From an uncultured virus (IMG/VR IMGVR_UViG_3300025131_007349) (taxonomy: Duplodnaviria > Heunggongvirae > Uroviricota > Caudoviricetes), in IMG/VR virus record IMGVR_UViG_3300025131_007349: a stretch of 64,000 nt of DNA. One strand, written 5' to 3'. The notes below the pieces were generated by a model, which searched no databases, was not told where the DNA came from, and saw only the letters and a list, made by a program, of their open reading frames with translations. The stretch's first letter is position 1. Every line of letters starts with the position of its first letter. Positions 30,842 through 43,700 of the stretch are shown one piece after another. The position numbers were made by a program, and so were the translations under genes.

Positions 30842-31291
30842 TTAAATATTTATTAATCTTTTTATTTCATCGATACTTTCCCTAAGTCTATTAGCTTTAT
30901 CTACTGTAGGAACATGTACCGCTGTTGAATTTACGTTATCATCTCGTTCATGTGGTTTTTTATGAGTATGCTCAAGACCACCCCTCATTTTTGCTTTACG
31001 ACCTCTATCTTCCCCTTCTCTAGTTTGTCTTTCCATTTCTGAAAAAGTATTTTTACCAAAATCACCACCAGTTAATTCATAACCTGGATGACTTTTATCA
31101 TTACTTCTAAAGAAATTATTTATTTTTTTTAGAAGAGCTAAACTTATTACAGGGTCATCTACTATATTTTGTGCACGAACATAACCTTCCGTTGTTTCTG
31201 GTCCATTAAAATTATTCAAAGAAGATTTAATCCTATTAACTAATTTATCAGGACAAGTAAATGTCGTATTTTCTAAATTAATGTCCGGCAT
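30842..31291 (-). CDS. Hypothetical phage protein
   Basis: 149 aa. GYVRAQNI...SL..LKKINNFF...YELTGG resembles a small domain seen in phage head-associated proteins (from memory). Confidence 0.65.
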   Translation of the reverse strand: MPDINLENTTFTCPDKLVNRIKSSLNNFNGPETTEGYVRAQNIVDDPVISLALLKKINNFFRSNDKSHPGYELTGGDFGKNTFSEMERQTREGEDRGRKAKMRGGLEHTHKKPHERDDNVNSTAVHVPTVDKANRLRESIDEIKRLINI

Positions 31292-31937
31292 TATCGTCTT
31301 TCATTAAGTTATTTATTACTTCCATAAAGTCTTGGTCATCAGCTTCTATCGTATTTTTAAGACTTTTAAATTTTCTTTTAACCAAAGGATTTACATCATG
31401 AAGGTCTATAGGGGTACCCAAATCTTTTTCTTCATCCTTTTTTGCTAAAATCATTTCTATCATATCTTTCATTCTTTGTCTAGATTTCTCATTAATCATC
31501 TGTATATCTTCTTCATCTGGTATTTGTCCCATTTCTAACGCTTTATCTTCAGCTTTTCTGGTACTCTTTCCTAGGTCCTCATATTTTTCAACTGTATCGT
31601 CCCAACCTAGACCATCAGTGCTTATTAGTCCATCTTCATCATTATCTGCGCCTAATTGACCACCCAGATAAGATTCCCCCCAATATCGTTTATAATAATA
31701 ATCATAACTCATACCTCTTTGGCGTGACCTATCTACAGTTTGGTCTAAAGTACTCTTACTAGTCATATTTGCAACATTAACGTTTTTAGGTATTTTACTA
31801 CCGATTAATGAACCATCATAATCTACTAATTCTTCTAACTCTTCTTCTCCAACTTTTTTCTGTTCGCCTGTCCATTTTTCATGAGTTTTTCCTTTATGTA
31901 CAGAATCACAAGAACCTTTATGTTTTAATTTTTTCAT
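31278..31937 (-). CDS. Hypothetical acidic/charged protein
   Basis: 219-aa first gene of the minus-strand operon, preceded by TATTTAT on the minus strand. Confidence 0.75.
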   Translation of the reverse strand: MKKLKHKGSCDSVHKGKTHEKWTGEQKKVGEEELEELVDYDGSLIGSKIPKNVNVANMTSKSTLDQTVDRSRQRGMSYDYYYKRYWGESYLGGQLGADNDEDGLISTDGLGWDDTVEKYEDLGKSTRKAEDKALEMGQIPDEEDIQMINEKSRQRMKDMIEMILAKKDEEKDLGTPIDLHDVNPLVKRKFKSLKNTIEADDQDFMEVINNLMKDDNAGH

Positions 31938-31951
31938 GTTTGCTTTTTCTT

Positions 31952-31982
31952 ATAAATATTAACTACACCTATAAGTATTTAT
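31952..31982. promoter_or_regulatory. Divergent pair of TATTTAT putative late promoters
   Basis: ATAAATA at 31952-31958 is TATTTAT on the minus strand, 14 nt before start 31937. TATTTAT at 31976-31982 on the plus strand is 5 nt before ATG 31988. Confidence 0.65.
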
Positions 31983-31987
31983 GAATA

Positions 31988-33796
31988 ATGGGACCACAGA
32001 ATTTAAATAACTATTATTTTAATAGATTAGACGTTAAATTAGACTATACATCTTACTATGATTTTTTCTTAGTATCAGACGAAAGAGATTTTAATACAGA
32101 AGTTGTCTACTCTAAAAACATTATTGGCTATGCTGATTGTGAGGTTTTGCCTGTATGGATTGACTTAGGAAATCCATTATCTTCATTACAATTGACGATG
32201 GAATGTGGCACATTCTACCCCAACAATACGATATTAAGTATAAGTGGCACATGTTGGTGTCATGCAACACCATCATTAAAAGATTTAGATTGTTTAGATT
32301 GTGACTTGGATTGTTATACATCTGGATGTACAGAAATGGGTGGGTTTATTACATCTATCTGTGATATAGGATTAACTGGTATGGATAATGGTTGGACTAA
32401 TTCTTTAAAAAGAAATAGAGATAAAGTGGAAATTTGTTGGTCAGGTTGTGGTTATCCTTATTATTGGGAGTTATCACCAGAGACGCCATTATTAAATGCA
32501 GATGATTGTGAATGTAATCTTAGTGAAGTTACTGAAATATATACGGGGCATTTTACTGCTGGTACTTGTTGGGACTCTAGTGGATTTACATGGTCATCTA
32601 ATACTAATATACCCGAATGGATTAAGAGTAAAATAGAAAATGATTATATTTACGGACAAGGAATTTATACCTTTAGTGCAAATATACAACAAACAGACCA
32701 ATGGTGTGGTGGATTTACTAGAACTTCTTATACTGTTTTTGTTTCAGACCCAGAATGTTTATGTTGTCCACCTGAGATTGTAGATGAACCATGTGCCACA
32801 ACTACAACTTATTATCCAACTACAACCACAACGACAACTATTGGGCCTACAACCACAACTACAACTTATTATTCGCCTACAACCACCACTCTAACTACAC
32901 TTCTACCAACTACTACAACAACTACTTATTTTGGGCAAACAACCACCACAAGTACTACGATACCAGGGCAAACAACGACAACCACTACTTACTCCCCAGT
33001 TGCCACGACCACCACAGTATGGAACACTTGTGATGAAACGTTATATCCATGGACGGTTCAAACTACTGGTATATTCAATGCCTATGATGTCATAGAATTT
33101 GCTGCAACTCCAGCCAATGGATATCAAAATACCACAATTAGTGACATTATATTTGACTACGCATGTAATGGTGTTGCACCATCCCCAGCCATCACGTGTC
33201 CTAGAATGAACTATTGTGAACCACATACACCTGGACTGAGTAATTGGCCAAACGATTCACAAGCTTACCGAGGATATATAATGCACTTTGATTATGACTT
33301 CCAGGATGGAAACGGAGTGATTCAATTTACCAAATGGACTGACTTTATAACACATGTTAATTTAGTTTGGCCTGCAGTCACAGCAACTCTAGGTATGCAA
33401 TTTGCTACAATTCGAACTAATGTTGATGCATATGCATGTGCTCTTCCTCCTCCAGGTGGTTGTACGTCTTACCTTGGTTCTCTTAATTCGACTACCAATT
33501 GTGGGTGTTCTCCTTTAACTAACTCTAATTGTCGTTGTTATTATTTAATAGGGTGTGATAGTTATCCTGTTAATAATGTTATAGTTTCCATGTTCCCATG
33601 TTCGTCTCCATTCCTAGAAGATGGTAAGTACTATAGTTTTTCCGGGACATCTTTAGGTATGCCATATAGTGGATGTTACCAAACCCAAGAAATCCTTGAC
33701 CCAGCCGTTAATTGTCTGGGTACGACAGGAACAATAGATTATAATTCGGTTTCTAATATATATCCAAATTGTGTGGATTGTATTGCGGGAGTTTGA
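31988..33796 (+). CDS. Cys-rich, poly-Thr (mucin-like) putative virion protein
   Basis: 602 aa with a central run of repeated TTTTT(Y/L) tracts flanked by Cys-rich modules. No signal peptide. Confidence 0.75.
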   Translation: MGPQNLNNYYFNRLDVKLDYTSYYDFFLVSDERDFNTEVVYSKNIIGYADCEVLPVWIDLGNPLSSLQLTMECGTFYPNNTILSISGTCWCHATPSLKDLDCLDCDLDCYTSGCTEMGGFITSICDIGLTGMDNGWTNSLKRNRDKVEICWSGCGYPYYWELSPETPLLNADDCECNLSEVTEIYTGHFTAGTCWDSSGFTWSSNTNIPEWIKSKIENDYIYGQGIYTFSANIQQTDQWCGGFTRTSYTVFVSDPECLCCPPEIVDEPCATTTTYYPTTTTTTTIGPTTTTTTYYSPTTTTLTTLLPTTTTTTYFGQTTTTSTTIPGQTTTTTTYSPVATTTTVWNTCDETLYPWTVQTTGIFNAYDVIEFAATPANGYQNTTISDIIFDYACNGVAPSPAITCPRMNYCEPHTPGLSNWPNDSQAYRGYIMHFDYDFQDGNGVIQFTKWTDFITHVNLVWPAVTATLGMQFATIRTNVDAYACALPPPGGCTSYLGSLNSTTNCGCSPLTNSNCRCYYLIGCDSYPVNNVIVSMFPCSSPFLEDGKYYSFSGTSLGMPYSGCYQTQEILDPAVNCLGTTGTIDYNSVSNIYPNCVDCIAGV

Positions 33797-33819
33797 TAAT
33801 GAAATAAGAAATGATAAGA

Positions 33820-33826
33820 TATTTAT
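33820..33826 (+). promoter_or_regulatory. TATTTAT putative late-promoter motif
   Basis: Intergenic, 17 nt before ATG 33844. Confidence 0.6.
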
Positions 33827-33843
33827 AAAATAATTAGAATAAT

Positions 33844-34686
33844 ATGGCTCAAACTTGTATCAATTTTTATATAACCGGAAGCAGTGCACCTTATGATGTG
33901 TATTTGTGTCAATCTGGTTGTACTGATTGCGTTTATTCAGGACAAACAGACCCTGGTGATGTATATGGAAACGTATGCTTTCCAATGTGTGTTCCTTGCG
34001 GTGAAGAATATTGTATAAAGACAATTTCAGTTCCACATCCAGAATGTGAGAATTGTGATTGTTTTAGTGGTGGTTGTTGTGTTACAGCAACTACAGTTTT
34101 TGGTAGTACAGGATGTACTTTTAACCCCTATAATGTTACGGTTCAAGGCATTCTCTCGCCACAAAGTACTTCAGGAAATACAAATCTAATTGGGAGAGCT
34201 GTAAATGGCCCTGGGCTCACCGCTGGAAAATACTATAAAACAGATATATTTGGTACTGTACAAATTATTTCAGCTACCACAGATAATAGTGGGCCTTTCT
34301 TTAAATTTACTGACCTAACGGCTTATGATACTGCATGTGAATCTAATACGGCATATTGTTTACAGTCAGTGTGTTTAAGCGGCGTTACAGCCACTGCAGG
34401 CACTTTTAGTGACCATGTCATATCAACAGGGTTTACACTTGATTACAGTTATCCTTTTTCAACTTACGAATCTTCAGGCTTAACAAAAGAAAATTACTGG
34501 AAGAGTCATTTGAAATATTCTCTTTTAGCTACCGGGGTTTATGGTTGGGAAGTCTATGCTTCTAGTACTTCTGGTACTACTTTTACACCAGCGAGACTAC
34601 TTACCGGTGCCACTCTGGTAGGAACTTATGTAGCGATGTATAGTGGAATAACTAATGGTGTGACCTATTCAGGAGCATGTTCGTAA
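33844..34686 (+). CDS. Cys/Ser/Gly/Thr-rich putative structural protein
   Basis: 280 aa. The N-terminal PYDVYLCQSGCTDC module resembles segments of the 34705 and 56756 proteins. Confidence 0.7.
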   Translation: MAQTCINFYITGSSAPYDVYLCQSGCTDCVYSGQTDPGDVYGNVCFPMCVPCGEEYCIKTISVPHPECENCDCFSGGCCVTATTVFGSTGCTFNPYNVTVQGILSPQSTSGNTNLIGRAVNGPGLTAGKYYKTDIFGTVQIISATTDNSGPFFKFTDLTAYDTACESNTAYCLQSVCLSGVTATAGTFSDHVISTGFTLDYSYPFSTYESSGLTKENYWKSHLKYSLLATGVYGWEVYASSTSGTTFTPARLLTGATLVGTYVAMYSGITNGVTYSGACS

Positions 34687-34704
34687 TTTTAATATTTTAA
34701 TTGT

Positions 34705-37700
34705 ATGCCTTCTCCAAATTTTTCCGCTTATACAATACAAAGTCTTTCTGTTTTTGGGCCTAATGTATGGAAATATGATTTATATCAGTGGAATTTTGCA
34801 CCTCTTGGCTCAACTCCACCTCTTATTCCTAGAACTGAAGTAGGCACTACAGAATCTATACATTCTTCATATTCCGGGCCCCAATTTAATATGAACCCAT
34901 ATTATGGGATGACACAGAAAAATGGAAAATTATATGGCTTTGGGGCCGAAAACAATACCTCTCAATATCAATGGCCTGGACAAATATTCCAAATAGACCA
35001 AGATTGGGGAGGACGGGCTAAAACAATATATTCAGGACTTACTGGAGTATTACCTTTTGGTTTTCAGGTTTGTAATGTTGGTGGATTCGCTTATGATAAG
35101 GCAAATGATTGTTTTACATTACTTAAGGGGACAACAATGTTACATACTACACCCCCACCCCTACCAAATCCATATTTCGCTAATGGGGAAAGATATTTAC
35201 ATACTTGGGGAGTAAGTCATACTTTTGCCACCCCACAACTTCCATTTTATTCTGGGGTTACTTGTCTGTTAGAAACAGCTATTGGATTAGCATATAGAAA
35301 TAGTGAATTATATGCTGTAGCCTATATTAGTGGGATGACACCCGGACTAACATTTCAACACATAAATACAAATTCTGGTATTAATACCATATTAAGTTAT
35401 TCCCCATTATCAGTAGATTCAGTAATTAATGTTTCTACTCAGGGATGGGGAGGAGGAGATTTAACTTATGACGAAGTGGGTGATAACTTTTACTTCTTAT
35501 CACATAATGGTACAGCTAAAATTGACCCACAATTCTATACCTGGGAAGTGGTACCATCAACAGCTACCACTCAACAATACTGGGGAGGGGTATCAAGTTT
35601 CGAAATAGGTGGGTTTGAAATTATAGAACCTAGTGTTACCACAACCACCACATTATGTACAGAGATTTATAGTGTCGAAGTATCTCCAGATTATTTAAAT
35701 GCTACAATATCTTTATGTGATTCGGCTTGTACCAATTGTGATATAGTATATGTGTCAGGTTGTACAGCCCCAGTATTTGGTTGGTGTACAGCAGACACAA
35801 CTTGTTTTGACTTAACTTTAGAATGTTGTAAAACATATTGTATTGAAGTAAGTGCACCAGGGGATAATTGTTCATATACAGAATACGTTACTTCTAGTTG
35901 TCCTTCTACAACCACGACAACAACTTATACGCCACCAGAACCTACTACCACGACTACTACAACAGAATGTGTATGTGTTTATCCCGTAGAATATTTTAAT
36001 GGTACATTATCTGGTATAACTTATCTTGGTGACACTTTAGAAGGGACTTATTGTAATGATGACTTTGCTCCATTTATATATAATCATATAAGTAACCCTA
36101 TTAACAGCATACTCACACACGGTATACTAATAAAACAAACAGCTTGGGGGTCACTACCAATATCAAATAATTGGTGGAGTTTAATAAGGGATATTGGGGC
36201 AAGCAATTATTTATTAGTTGGTACTGGAAGTACATTAACGACTGTATACAAGGGCATACCACCTTTAGTGGATGATTTTTTAGTGGTTACAGGTCAATGT
36301 GAATGTACAACTACAACGACATTAGACCCGTCTCTTACTACAACTACGACATTAGACCCGTCTCTTACTACAACTACGACACTAGACCCAGCTTTTACTA
36401 CCACAACTACAACCACATTACATCCATGTGATTTTGGTCCAGTACCCTTAACAGGTGATTGTCCAACGACAACAACTACTACGGTGCCACCTACAACAAC
36501 GACTACAACAGCAGACCCTTGTGATTTTGGGATTATTCCTCTTACGGGTGATTGTGTTACTAGTACAACAACATTAGGACCTCGAACAACCACAACAACA
36601 ACGATACCATGTTGTTATGAATGTTGTCTAATTACGGGAGATTGGGAGATAATCAATACAGGTACTACTGGAAATAATAGTTTTTATTCTATACATAAAA
36701 CTTCACCACATAATCAGGCTACCTTACCTATCGCATTAAAAGACCCAACGATGTGGGGAGCTCTCCCACATATGTTTTTCCAAGGTTTTGCTAAAAGAAC
36801 TACAAATAATTTCTTATATGGTGCATTTTTAGAACATAAGTTCGATAATGCTTGTAATGGTACATTCAGATATGATTTACACATCTATCAAGTAAACCCC
36901 AATACAGGAAGTGGGGCCCTAGCTCAAACATATACGGGTTATGATGCTTGTACTAATGGAGGAGGCATAAGAACAGATGAATTAGGGGAAGGATGCTTAG
37001 GATACGACAGTTTAAACGATAAATTAATTTTTATCCCATATAATAATACTGTTCATCCAGTATACCAAATACAACCATGGGTTAATGGTAATGTAACATA
37101 CTTGGGTGACTTTACTGTAATGGGCTCTACACCTAATCAATACGCTCATATGAGTGGTTTATCTAATATACCTGGAACAAATAGTTTTTATTGTTATTTA
37201 GATGAGTGCTCATTTACACCAACACCTCCAGGAGGAACGGTAAATTGTAACTCAACGGGAGGATATGTATGTGGGTTTGATACCACAACATTAAATTCTT
37301 CTATATTACCATTACCGATAAATCCATTACCAAATTCTAGTATTGCCGCTGGTTTATTATATGATTGTGATGACCTTTATATTGTAAGACGAATGCCTAG
37401 TTGTTCTGGGTGTACACCACAACAATATACAAATACATGGATTGACAATAATGACACACTACCTGGTAATTGTAGTAGTAATGTCCTACCACCTTGTGCA
37501 CCCGGAGGTTCGGATTGGTATTTTGGGTATTCTTATTTAGCAATGGTGTTTGACCAGCAAGATAAAGACGGGAATATTGTAACTATTGATATGTTAACTG
37601 GTGATACCAGTTGCCCATTTATTTTTACAATTACAGACCCTGCTACAGGTACCTTTATTGGTCAATGGGAATATGATATAGCGATGGATGGTAATTATCC

Positions 37701-40700
37701 TCTTGCGGATGGTACTGGAACTGGTGGATGCGTCCCTATCCCATGGCCTGTAGGATTTACTAACACCTTCTGCCTCCCTATAGCACCTACTACACCACCA
37801 TGTTCACTTTCATTAATTTTCACCAATCCTAATCCATCTAATAATCCAGTTAATTTACCAAACCCATCTTCGGATTACGAAGTTAAAGTAGAATATGGTG
37901 GAATGGGAACAGCTTGTAACTCACAATATACTGAGACCTGGATTGATGGTAGTATGACCAATTCAGGACAATTTGTATCACAAGGGATATATGATGTGGG
38001 GGTATGGCCTAACCCTGCAGGGGTTGGGACGGCGAAAGACCAAGTAATGGGTGCAGAGTATATGGTATTATTTATGTCCAGACAATCACAATCAGGACAA
38101 GTCTTTAATGGAGATAATTTTACAGCTAGCACCAACCCTTGGAATATTACGGTTTATCATCCGAATGGGTCTGGTACAATTATAGGAAGTTGGGAATATG
38201 ACTTAGTTAGGTACCCAACAGGTCCTGGATACCCTGTCGCTCTTTGTGACGCGACACCACCAGTACAATGTGTGTGGTCGTGCCAGAATGGTATGCAAGG
38301 TTGTATTGCTGGAGCTCCGCTACTGGGTATCTATACTCCTCTGTTTGAGGATTCTTACGCTTTCTGGTTTAAAAATCCAGTACCATCGAATAATGTGATT
38401 GACCTATCAGTTTATGGTCCATTGTCCGAACATTTCAATGATATGGTAATTAGTTGGGGTGAAAACTCATGTTGTTCTGGGGGGACAGAAAATTTAGTTT
38501 TAACAAAATATACATTACCTTCAGGGCCTCTTACTAATACAGTATTAGGTACCATATCTGGAGTAACAGCATTAGCTGGTTTAGAATGTGCAGGTGATTT
38601 TTGTGAGACACCTGAAAATCCATGCCCAACTACAACAACTACCACAATACCAGTATCAACAACAACTACGACCGACCCATGTGCTCCATCTACAACCACA
38701 ACGACAACTACAGAAGGACCACCAACAACCACAACTACAACTTATTATTCGTCTACAACTACTACCACACTTCTTGTACCTTGTGATTGTGAATGTCCAC
38801 CAAATCCACCAAGCCAATGCCCATGTATATTTTCAGGAACAAACATTTATGTGTTTTATGATGGTAGCCCTAGTTTCTCTGTTAGTGCCAATCAAATAGC
38901 TAATAATGTTGTTTTACCTTGGTTTAATCAATTTATTGCTCCATTAGCTGGATATGTTGGGTGTTTATATCAAGCTACTACCCCATTCCCTACACAAGCA
39001 ACAGCTGAATCATGGTTAAGATTTTCAAGATATCCATGGGAGGGAACAAACGCTTTTATCCCAACACCAATTTCTAGTGTGCCAGGTGGTTGTGCTAGTG
39101 GACTTGACATGCCAATAGCTCCAGCTCTAAACGACCCTAACGCTGTGGTAATTTCTTTTGTTAACGAATCAGCGGTTATGTATCAGGATTATCCATGGCC
39201 GGCATTCTGTAATGCTCCAAGTGGGGACGGCACTTTAATCCCACCAAATAATTGTAGTGATTGGAGAACCAACCAACCACAAAGTTGGCCTACTTCTGGT
39301 GGTGCATTGAGAGTGGTACCAACTCATGAATATTTAAAAGATTTTGATTCTTTTATGAACACTTATAATAATGGAATATGGGACCAAATATATGGTACTC
39401 CAGGTAATAATGGTTCATTTAATAGTTTTGTATATACATTACCAGTAAATGTTGTTCCATGGAACGAAAGACTTACTGAATTAAATGCTTATGCAGCTGT
39501 TGAAGGTAGAGTAGTTGCTCCAGTTGATTTTGTAGATATTGGAATGGCTAATAATGGTGGTGGGTTATATACATTTAGTGCAATAAAACAAACAAATCCA
39601 TATTGTGAACATGAGTGTTTCTGGGATGCAGGATATGGTCCAGGCCACACACCAGAAGGTAGATGTTTAAGTGGGTTAACCCATTTTGGTTTTGTTTCTG
39701 TACATAGTCACGAATATCTTTTATCTAATTGGTTAGGTAGTACACAAAATAATAATATTGGAATAGCTACATTATCAGCAACTGTATGTTTTAATACTGC
39801 ATGTACTTCAGGTATTACAGTAGAAGAGTGTTGTATTACTGGTCTAACAGCAGAACAATGGATAGTAGATAATCCTAGTGTAGTTAGTGGTTTGATTTTT
39901 GGTGAAACATTTAATGACCTTGACCATAATGCTTGTTATAAAGTTATAGCACCACCTAATCCTCCACCAACCAACGGAATAACTTTAAATCCACAATCAC
40001 CTACCTTTGGTAATGATAATTGTGGTGAATGTATGGCTGCTGGAGCATATTGTGAACCTACAACTACAACAACTACAAAAATATATCATACAACAACAAC
40101 TACTAGTACCACTATTAGAAGAATTTGGGGTGTGGAAAGATGTTGTTGCCCGACAGGAGAAACAGTCACTATACTAACTGCTACTACGGTTGCAACCCCT
40201 ATTAATTTTGAGAATGGAGGAGCTAGAACTCAGTCTATGAGTTTCGCTGATATTATGGATAATTCTGTTGTTCTTAATCAAGCTAATCCACAAGTAGTGT
40301 TTGTTACTACAACTACCACATTTCCCTTTCCGCATGATATTACATTACATTTCTACAAAAGTTGTCACCCTACTCCTGGTTGTCCACACTCCACACTTGA
40401 TGGGACGCCCTTCTGCTGGTTGTGGGAGGATACTCAAGGTAATGCACCTATGACCCTTCCATACAATATGGCAGGTGCTCAAGGAATCCCCCCATCATTA
40501 TCAAGCGCATTGGGTATCATGAACATGTCAATACAATTATGGATGCATCTGGGGAGCCCAAATGTGGGAGATTTATTTGAGATTGATAGGGAGCTGCAGG
40601 GGTCATTATGTTGGAATGGCCATGTCAACAATTGCTATGAATATATGGGAACAGAAACTCGTACATGGCCCACTGACCCTTGGTTTACTACACCAACCAG

Positions 40701-43700
40701 TCCTCCTTCAGGATTTAGTATTTTTTGGCTTTTGACAGGATGGTGGCTCGGAAATATGTCCCCGGGGTGTTGCTCACCATCTCCTAGTACTACTGGAATT
40801 CCATGTACATTCAGTATAAACACCTTTACCAGAGGACCTAATCTTCCTGACTGTACTAGTTGTTGTTCCCAGATTGTCCCACTCAGAAATCGTACCTTCC
40901 ATATATGGGAAGAATGTGTAATTAATGGATATTTCCCATTCGCCAGTCAACCTTTCCCACCTGGTCTGCATATAACTTATGATGGAATTCCGGGGGCAAT
41001 TGCTACTTGGGATTATACGACAGCAACTGGATTAGATGATGTAGAACATAATAGTAACTTATTCTATAATTGGGTTGGAGCACCTGGTCTTGGTGAAGTT
41101 GTTACAATACATGAAGCTCCTCCTGGTACAATAATGAATAGTTTGACTCTTTGTTTGAAATATATGGGACCTGTAACTACTAGTGCTGTTCCATGGACAC
41201 AACAAGCATGGCATGTTACGGCGCTTATGCCTTGGTCAACCGGAGGAACCAATAGTGATTGTTGTGTATGTACAAATTTACAAGCTAATACAGCACAAAG
41301 TTTACAAAGTTATTTACCCATCCCTACTTTAACAAATATAATGGGTAGTCAACTTAATATAGATAGCAGAAAAATTCCTGTAGGGCCACCAACAACTGCT
41401 TACTATGAACCTACAAGAGGCGCTAAAATACTAAATGGTTGGGAAGATATTAGTGTACATGGTTTAGCTTATTTAGTTAAAGTATGGACAAAAAATGGTG
41501 ACCAATATATCGCAGAAAGTGATGCAACATCATGTGCTTATATAGATAAAAAGGCATTTAGCACACCACCAACTACTCCAACAACTACTTATTTTGAGCA
41601 ACCAACTACTACAACAACTACTTATTTTGGGCAAACAACCACAACAACGACTTATTATCCAGCTACCACAACAACGACCTATTATCCAGCTACCACAACA
41701 ACGACCTACTTTGTACAACCAGCTACCACAACAACGACCTACTTTGTACAACCAACTACCACAACAACATACTTTGGGCAAACTACTACAACTACAACCT
41801 ACGCTATACCAACAGGTGGTCCCCTATCTAATTTTGTTGGAAATGGGTTAGATGGTACAGCATCAAATGCACCTCGAAGGGGTGATTTTATTAATTTATA
41901 TCAGGATAATGCCTATGGTTTCCAATCGATAGAGATTTTAGATATTGTAGACCAGAGTGAGTATGAATCAGGAAAAGTTAAATGTTCAGGACAAAGATTA
42001 ATTATATCTTCTGATATAGAACCAATCCCATTATTCGCGAGATTCCGAAATCTTGAAGTGTCCCTATCACAATCTCCTATACTCTCTACCACTACAACAA
42101 TATATCAGATACCACCTAGTCATATGTGGGAGACATGTTGGGTTGAGGAAAGTGATTACACACCAAACTGGTTTACACTACTGAATTTGGTTGGTAAGAC
42201 ATGGGGTGTCGAATATTACGCATCACCAAACTATATTGGGTCCGCTTGTTATGATTGGGTGGCAAACCCATCTACAACCCCTAGTTCTAATTTTATAGCA
42301 AATAGTAACGACTTTTATCAATATATGGGAGCTCCAAGTATTGGTGAGACCGTTAGACTTTGTTATTGGCATGATAATGTAGACTTTAATACATATACTT
42401 CAAATAATCAGCCTACAAGAATACCAGGTATGGCATGTGGTTGTCTGAGATATATGGGTGTTGGTGTCCCTAATTTCTATTCACATTTAAGATGTGAGGT
42501 GACCAATTCCAATATGGGAACCACTTGTTCAGATTGTGATATACCCATGAATACTGCTGCTAGTTTTGGTGGAAGTTTAACTAATAAAGGTATAACTTGG
42601 GATAATGTTATTACAAATACCGGATTAAATTCTTGTTGTTGTACTAATGAGTATAATACTGGTGTAGATTGTATGCCACCACGTACTTACCCTAACCCGT
42701 GTAGTGGGTATACATATACGGATTTATCAGGAATCCCTTCAGGTGGAACTTGGTATGACGCTACGTCAGGTGAATGCTTTACTCATATTGCTGACCCAGG
42801 ACTAACATATTTTGATTTTACTGCTCCAGTACCAAATCCAGGAGGATATTATCTAGATTGTGAGGAGTGTCATGATATGAATGAAATTATTTGTGACCCT
42901 ACAACAACCACTACAACAAGACCACGTGAAGTATGGGGGATAAAACCTTGTTGTTGTGATGAAAAAGATATGGTTGGTACCGTACCTAATGTTGGAGATA
43001 CTGGGGAAGCTGGAGGAATTATATTCCATGTAGACTCAATTAACAATACCATCTACGAAGTAGCACCAAAAGCACTGGAGATTGGTGGTTGGGGAATGAG
43101 ATGGGGTTGTTGGGGAACAAACGTACTATCCAATCCAACTCTAGGAACTTCAATAGGGATGGGTAAAACAAATACAAATGAAATTTTTGCTACTGCATGT
43201 TCAGACCCATGTCCATGGAAACCTTATTTACAGAGTTTAACAGTAACAACACCTAATGGAATACAATATCAAGATTGGTTTGCCCCAAGTTATGGTGAAT
43301 GGTTAAAATTATGGTTTAATATTGGTCCAGGACAAAGTGCATCATCACCATTATATAATTTAGCTGATATTGATGACTTAAAACCTTTTTCAGGGGCAAC
43401 ACCACAACCACCATATTGGATTACATCTAGTGAGAACCCTAACAATCCAACCTACGACACAATTAATATTGGTTTGGATGGAGCTAATCAAGTATTAAAT
43501 GGGTTAAATTGGTATAACGACATGGGTGACCTACAAAAGAATTTTCCATTCTTTTGGTTAAGACCTATTAGGTCCTATAACTACCAAGCTTGTTCTGGAT
43601 ACACAACTACTGACATATCACTAGTACCAATAGGAAATACTTGGTATGACCCATTATCTAATGAGTGTTATGAAAGAATAGCATATCCAGGACCAATAAA

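Noticed and set aside
36307..41805. Short direct repeats considered as a CRISPR array
   Set aside because: They are in-frame coding repeats without unique spacers, and no cas genes are present.
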